The translations under genes and the position numbers were made by a program. From assembly GCF_009914755.1 (NCBI RefSeq), contig NC_060934.1: a stretch of 64,000 bases of DNA, one strand, 5' to 3'. Shown piece by piece: positions 58,112 to 64,000 of this stretch (position 1 is the stretch's first letter; each line of letters opens with the position of its first letter). The notes beneath the pieces are model-generated. The model worked only from the letters and a program-made list of their open reading frames with translations, had not been told where the DNA came from and made no database searches. The stretch comes from the human T2T-CHM13v2.0 reference genome, Homo sapiens.

Positions 58112-59049
58112 TATCCTATAAATCAATGTTCTCAGATCTTATGTGTATCAAAATCATGTGGGTATAGTAGAGACAATTTGTCTCAACTCAAGTTCTATTT
58201 ACACCATATTTATATTATTTCTCATTAATTATTTATATCAAAGCATTAATTATTTATATCAAAGCATTTATATCAAAGTAATACATGGTCATGATCAAAC
58301 AACAATTCAAGATAGGTTTATAATAAAAAGAAACAGCTTTCCGTCCCATGACTCCTCACCTAAAATTCCACTCCTGGAAATAATCAGCTTTAGTCATTTT
58401 TCTATTTTTCTAATGGTTAGTGCCATAACTCTTTAATATTAAACTCATCACTATAGCACATTTCTGTATCCTGTAAATCAGTTTTCTCAGATCTTATGTG
58501 TATCAGAATCACATGGGTGTAGTAACTCTGAAGCTACTGGTTTAAACTTACTTAACTCTCTGTTACTCTGCATCCTCTGTAAAATGGGGATACTCTGCAT
58601 CCTCTGTAAAATGTGTAGTGTAAAAAAGTAGTGTAAAATGTACTGTAAAATGTACTGTAAAAAAGTAGTGTAAAGTGGTGATACTCTGCATCCTCTGTAA
58701 AATGGGAACTACTTCTAAGAGTTTTGTGAAGGTTCAGTAAGTTGCTATTTATAAAGCTCTAAAAATAATTCCTGACACACAGTAAGAACTTTAGACTATC
58801 ATTACTTTCTGGGGAATTTTGTAAACTGCCTATCCATGAAGCCCAAACCAGCACTGTAGGATTTAGTTCACATTTTGTCTCATCTCAAATTCTTTTAATT
58901 GATGCTATATTTATATTATTTCTCATTATTTATATCAAAGTATTTATGGCAAAGTAATACATGTTCATGATTAAACAAAAATTCAAGATAGTTAATAAAA
59001 AGCAACATCTTTCCATCCCACGACTCCTCACCTAAAATTCCACTCCTGG
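58112..59049. repeat. Local duplication: A+C (58112-58377) and A+B+C (58467-59049)
   Basis: A: 58112-58169 vs 58467-58524; C: 58177-58377 vs 58874-59049; both C copies end CTCCTCACCTAAAATTCCACTCCTGG. Confidence 0.88.
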
Positions 59050-59232
59050 CATTCAACTGTGAGGGGGTAACCACAAACCTGCTTTTCAGGACCCCTCTCT
59101 TTGCTGAGAGCTTTCCTTTTGCTTAATAAATTCTACTCCACTCACTTGATGGCTTCTGCATGCCTAATTTTTCCTGGTCATGAGACAAGAGCCTGGAACC
59201 TAGCTGAGCTAAAGAAGCAAAAATCCTGCATC
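59050..59232 (+). mobile_element. 3' part of an ERV1 LTR
   Basis: GAGAGCTTTCCTTTTGCTTAATAAATTCTACTCC...GAGACAAGA...CTAGCTGAGCTAA...CCTGCATCA terminus. Confidence 0.7.
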
Positions 59233-59834
59233 AAAAACCTCATACTCTTTTGGAGTTAATAAGAAAAGGCTTAGGGATGACTTTGAGCGTTAACAAAGAT
59301 AAATTTTTGTTAAGCATGTGAATATTCAGGTGAGATGCATAAGAGTATGAATGAATAACCAGGAAGAAGGCTGTCAATAAGGCATTCCTGCTTACCAAAT
59401 GTGTAAACGTAAGGGAACTACTTTTAATTTGGTTGCAAGTGAAACATTTTGTTGGACACAGAATTTATTCTATAATAGTCCTGCTGTGGAGGATTGGCTA
59501 GCAAAGAAAGTTTCAGAGATAGTTGTTTATAAAACTGCTATTGTAATATGGTATCGCTTTCCCTCTAATTTTAGAAAGTCTGTCAGGAAAAGCTGCCCAT
59601 TTTATGTCTAGGAGGAAGCAAGTAATAAGAAATAATGATGCAGTCATCCACTTGGACAGTGTTTTTAGCTTTACAAAACACTTTTGTATTTGCTCTCCTA
59701 TTTGAATCCCCTGAGAACTCTGTGGAATGGTGAAGCAGGTGTTAGCAACTGTTTTGCAGACAAGGAACTGAGACCAGAGTTTAAATGATGTGTCCAAAGT
59801 TAAATGTGAGCAGCTGAACTGGGGCTCGAGCCAC

Positions 59835-60149
59835 CTTTTTTTTTTTCTTTTTAAATTTTGTACAGAGTCTCACTCTGTCACCCAGGTTGCAGTGCACTGG
59901 CGCGATCTCGGCTCACTGCAACCTCTGCCTCAGGGGTTGAAGCGATTCTCGTGCCTCAGGCTCCTGAGTAACTGGGACTACAGGTGCATGCCACCACACC
60001 CAGCCCAGCTAATTTTTGTATTTTTAATATAGACAGGATTTGCCATGTTGGCCAGGCTGATCTCAAACTCCTGACCTCAGGTGACCTACCTGCCTCAGCC
60101 TCCCAAAGTACTAAAATTACAGGTGTAAGCCACCCTACCACAACTGGCC
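59835..60149 (-). mobile_element. AluSx-type
   Basis: Full Alu dimer with CCTGACCTCAGGTGA. Confidence 0.9.
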
Positions 60150-60153
60150 CTTG

Positions 60154-60468
<315 letters not shown>

Positions 60469-60817
60469 TGACCCACTTCTCCGTAACTCTAAGTTTTATA
60501 ATATTGGGCTAGAAATAAAGATCTAGCAGGAGCTAGAAAAAAAATTTTACTGTCAAACATAATTAAGCAAAGCAGCATTTCTCTCTCTTTTCTAGTTGGC
60601 CAATCACATACCTGTCTTCCAATCTACATAATTAAATTCTTTTTCCTCTACAAACTCTTTTATCATTCATTTTACCCTGCTCCAGGGTTCCCTACTTTAT
60701 AGGCTTAGAGAATCAAGGTTAAGAATCTGGTTCTCCTTTATCTGCTTTTACATTGTTCTGTATCCATTATCCAGAGTTGTGTATAATAGTAACAGTCATT
60801 GCAAAATATAGTAAATA

Positions 60818-60975
60818 GTTTATTTTCAGTCAGGGTTTCATTTTGTCATGCAGGCTGAAGTGCAGTGGCACAATCACAATTCACTGTAGCCTCGACCTCT
60901 CAGATGCAAGTGATCTGATTCTCCTGCCTCAGCTCCCTAAGTAGCCGGGACTGCAGGTGTGCACCATCACGCCAG
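60818..60975 (-). mobile_element. AluJ right arm / FRAM-like monomer
   Basis: CAGGGTTTCA...TCACTGTAGCCTCGACCTC; AGTAAATA on both flanks. Confidence 0.75.
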
Positions 60976-61149
60976 ATAAGTAAATACCTTTAAGATAGGA
61001 ACTAAGAAGCAATGTGGGTCTGTATGGGTCAATAACTAAGAGCATGGGCTTTCAAACTGTCAAACCTACAATCAAATGCCCTTCAACCACTTATACATGG
61101 ATGATCTCCCTAAGCTTTGGTATCTTTATGATGAAATTTACCAGGAGTA

Positions 61150-61627
61150 GATGTCTGATTATTGTGTTTGCCCCTTCTACCACACAGTGCAAATTCTAGT
61201 GGGGCTACTAATCGTGAGATTTGTTTCCTTAGACTTCAGTACGACCCAGAACTTGCCAATGAGAACACTCTTACAATTGATTAAGGACAGACACGTGACC
61301 TTAGCCAAGTTGATCAGTGTTTTTCCTTGGGATTTCACAGGGTAAGCAAGCAGGCTGGATTGCTGCTTATGGCTACAGGCATCAATCAGTTCTGCCATAA
61401 TAGGGAAGCATGTTTATGGAGGGCCTGAAGCCCAAGTTAAAGGGGGATGGAAAAGAAAGAGGGAATAAGGGCTGGAGCTATTTATACCTGATTCACATAG
61501 ACTGACCAACCCTTCCCAGTATTTTGTGGGGCTGTCGCTGCTACTGCTGCTGCTGTTATTGATATTGCTTAAGATAGCTTGAATTGTGCTTTTCTTATTT
61601 GTAATTGAAAGAGTCATGGCTGATGTA
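61150..61627 (+). mobile_element. MLT1J/K-type LTR inserted into a MIR (MIR halves about 61000-61140 and 61628-61730)
   Basis: CACGTGACCTTAGCCAAG...TTATTTGTAATTGAAAGAGTC; MIR resumes TGTGATAAGAATTAAATGAG...GTGCCTGGCACATA. Confidence 0.6.
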
Positions 61628-62679
61628 CTACCTTGTAGATTGTGATAAGAATTAAATGAGGCAATATATATAAGGTGCTTAAGACTGTGCCTGGCACATA
61701 ATAAACCTCAGTGAATGTTAACTGTTATGGCGATGGTAATGACCACTGTGCAAATGAAACAAATGATGGCTTCTATTATTTTTCATCCTGCAAAGCCTCC
61801 AGTACACCATTGTACATTTAGGTAGATACTGACTAAATGCTGCTTGATAACTTGCTGCCTCTCTCTGTAAGATGGCAAGAAGGTTAATGAGTTAAGACTA
61901 GAAGAGTGACTTGAATGCTTCAGTTTAAATATATCTTTCTGTTGTCACCTCTCAGTACCTCAAAACTCATCACTACTATTTTCATTCTCTCCTGTCATTG
62001 TAAACTCATGATAACCTCAAATTAGGCTTCAAATGGTGAGAAGAAATAATTTAGTTCTGTTTGGTCACTCTATCTTTAGAGGAATAGGTAATTTGTTTTT
62101 TAATCAAGAGGGTGCAGTAGCTGGATGGTGCCCAAGGCAGCTGATGCTCATGGAAATTTAAAGCCCCAAGGCATGTTGTTCCCTCAAGAGCTTTCTACAT
62201 GGACTTACATGAGAATCAGAATCCTGACACAGTTCAGGGCTCCATCTGTATAGGGTGGATGCTATGAAATAAATCTAAAGGCAACAGCAGATCTCATTCC
62301 TGTTTCCCTGGTTAGAAATGATGCAACAAAGGAGAAAAATTGTTGGAAGAGTTAGAAAAAAATCTAGAAGAAAGAGGTGATTAAAATCATAGGATAAGTA
62401 ATTCTTGATCACAATTACTAATTATCACTTCAATAATCTGCATCCATGTCATCCATCATAAAACGGTGCTAACTCTTGAGCTCTCGAGTGTGGGAGTGTG
62501 TTTGAAGCAAGCATGTTGATTTACATTACATTTTCAGGAGCTTAGCATAGTCAACATGGTTTTAGGCAAAGACTGTAAGCAAGAAAGAAGCCCTATCCAA
62601 ACCTGTTCCCAGGAAACTGTCAAAATCATTCATCTGTAGTAAAGTTTGAATGTCAGACATTGTCACGATCTGTTGTTAC

Positions 62680-63014
62680 TTTGTTTGCTTTCCTGTGTCC
62701 TTTCTTTTAGGAATAGCCTCTCCCAGAATCTCTGTGACCTAGGGCAGGGTTGGGGACTGTCAGTCAAGGGACACTGTCTGTCTACCGGAAGTCTGGGAAG
62801 GTGATACAACAAGGACCAACCAGAGACCATTTTAAAAGACTAACTTTGGATGCTGGGTGAAGAAAGGTGTCTTTCTTTAAGAGATCACAAGCTGTAATGA
62901 CTGTGTAAGCCAGGATCTTAGTCTTTTACATAAAGAAGAGGAAGGCTGTCAGAGAATGAAGACATCCAGAGGGGAGATACATACACACACACACACACAC
63001 ACACACCACACACG

Positions 63015-63045
<31 letters not shown>

Positions 63046-63192
63046 AGGAAATATACTGGTGAATATAAATTGAGCCCCTACATCCATCTGTTCTGAAATT
63101 TAGGGTTCAATACAATAAATTTTTTATGTTCCTATAAAATAAAATTTTAGTTGGGTTTCTGATACTTGCAAACACAAGTCTTGTGGCTAATA
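62680..63192 (+). mobile_element. MLT1-type LTR containing a microsatellite
   Basis: TTCTTTTAGGAATAGC...TTTTAGTTGGGTTTCTGATACTTGCAA...CTAATA. Confidence 0.6.
62983..63049. repeat. Compound (CA)n(GA)n microsatellite
   Basis: ACAC run then GAGA run, read directly. Confidence 0.95.
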
Positions 63193-63359
63193 TATGTATT
63201 GTATTAGTCTTTCTTGGTGTTTGACATTTCAATGCTTTGTTCTTATAAAGTATGAACCCAATTATCACTCCTAAAAAAAAAAAGTTTTATAAACCAGAGG
63301 AAAGTATGTGTCATTTAATCTATGATGGCTCACACTCAGGTGAAAAGACAGCCAGCTGA

Positions 63360-63387
63360 ATGTGTGTGTGTGTGTATTTGTGTGTGT
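63360..63387. repeat. Interrupted (TG)n
   Basis: TGTGTGTGTGTGTGTATTTGTGTGTG. Confidence 0.85.
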
Positions 63388-64000
63388 TCTAAATAGCATT
63401 TAACCTTTTTAATCAGAAAGCCCCTCTGTGACCTAATTCAAATGGCTGAACTGCTCTGAATCACTAATCTTCAACATTGCCAAAATACAAGTATAAATAT
63501 GTCTACATACGGGTTTGCAAAGGTCAATAAATCAGATGTCTGCATAAAATAAATAAGTACGTAACTTCTCAGAAACTACATAGAAGAAGAAACTATCCTT
63601 AGATAGTTTGATAAATATTGAGCATTCTAAATTTCTAACTACCTGGATTTTTCTCACAATCCATGTTGCTCTGGGTTCACGATTATGATTTGAAGCAATG
63701 CAAGGATGTGGTAAAGATAAGTGCACATAAGTTTTTCCTGTCTCTGCAGCAGAGTGGAAGGGGTACAAGGATGTGTTTTTCTGAAGGCAAGGAAGTAGTG
63801 CCCCTGCACTGGGGGAGGAGAGAGCCACACCCTGAGCAGGTGAGAGGAAAGGGTCCTAAGCCAGCTCCTAAACAGCCTCCAGAGAAGACTAGACATGAAG
63901 GTCACTTGGGGATGAGACCACCTGCACCATGTGGTTCATTGAGTCTCCCATCCCATAGAAGGAATCGATAAGAAGAGCACCCCAGCAGACTTGGACAATG

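Noticed and set aside
58525-58871. Block missing from the left duplicate read as a spliced-out minus-strand intron, implying a cDNA-derived copy
   Set aside because: Weak splice signals, and the left-copy junction has extra bases that do not match a clean splice.

Overview
Primate (human or great-ape-like) genomic DNA, AT-rich and repeat-dense. It carries AluY/S/J, L1PA/L1PB/L1M, MIR, L2, MaLR and ERV1 LTRs, and hAT and piggyBac MITEs. No protein-coding gene can be recognised; the long ORFs in the track are L1 ORF2 remnants, Alu read-throughs or GC-rich chance ORFs. The one clear functional landmark is a CpG island promoter-like region at about 48.5-49.3 kb with an NF-Y CCAAT box and a GC box. 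I cannot name the gene or fix its strand; several exon-shaped segments lie to its left, mostly on the minus strand. Most notable observations: (1) repeated local templated-insertion and fold-back scars, including two short copies taken from about 1.3-1.4 kb away and flanked by 15-bp direct repeats with no poly(A); (2) a MER85 piggyBac MITE with TTAA flanks and the CSB-PGBD3-type palindrome; (3) a twin-primed, 5'-inverted L1PA3-like insertion; (4) a three-level nested transposon stack. I found no convincing evidence of a new multi-gene system. Subfamily names come from recalled consensus sequences, and boundaries of old repeats are approximate.
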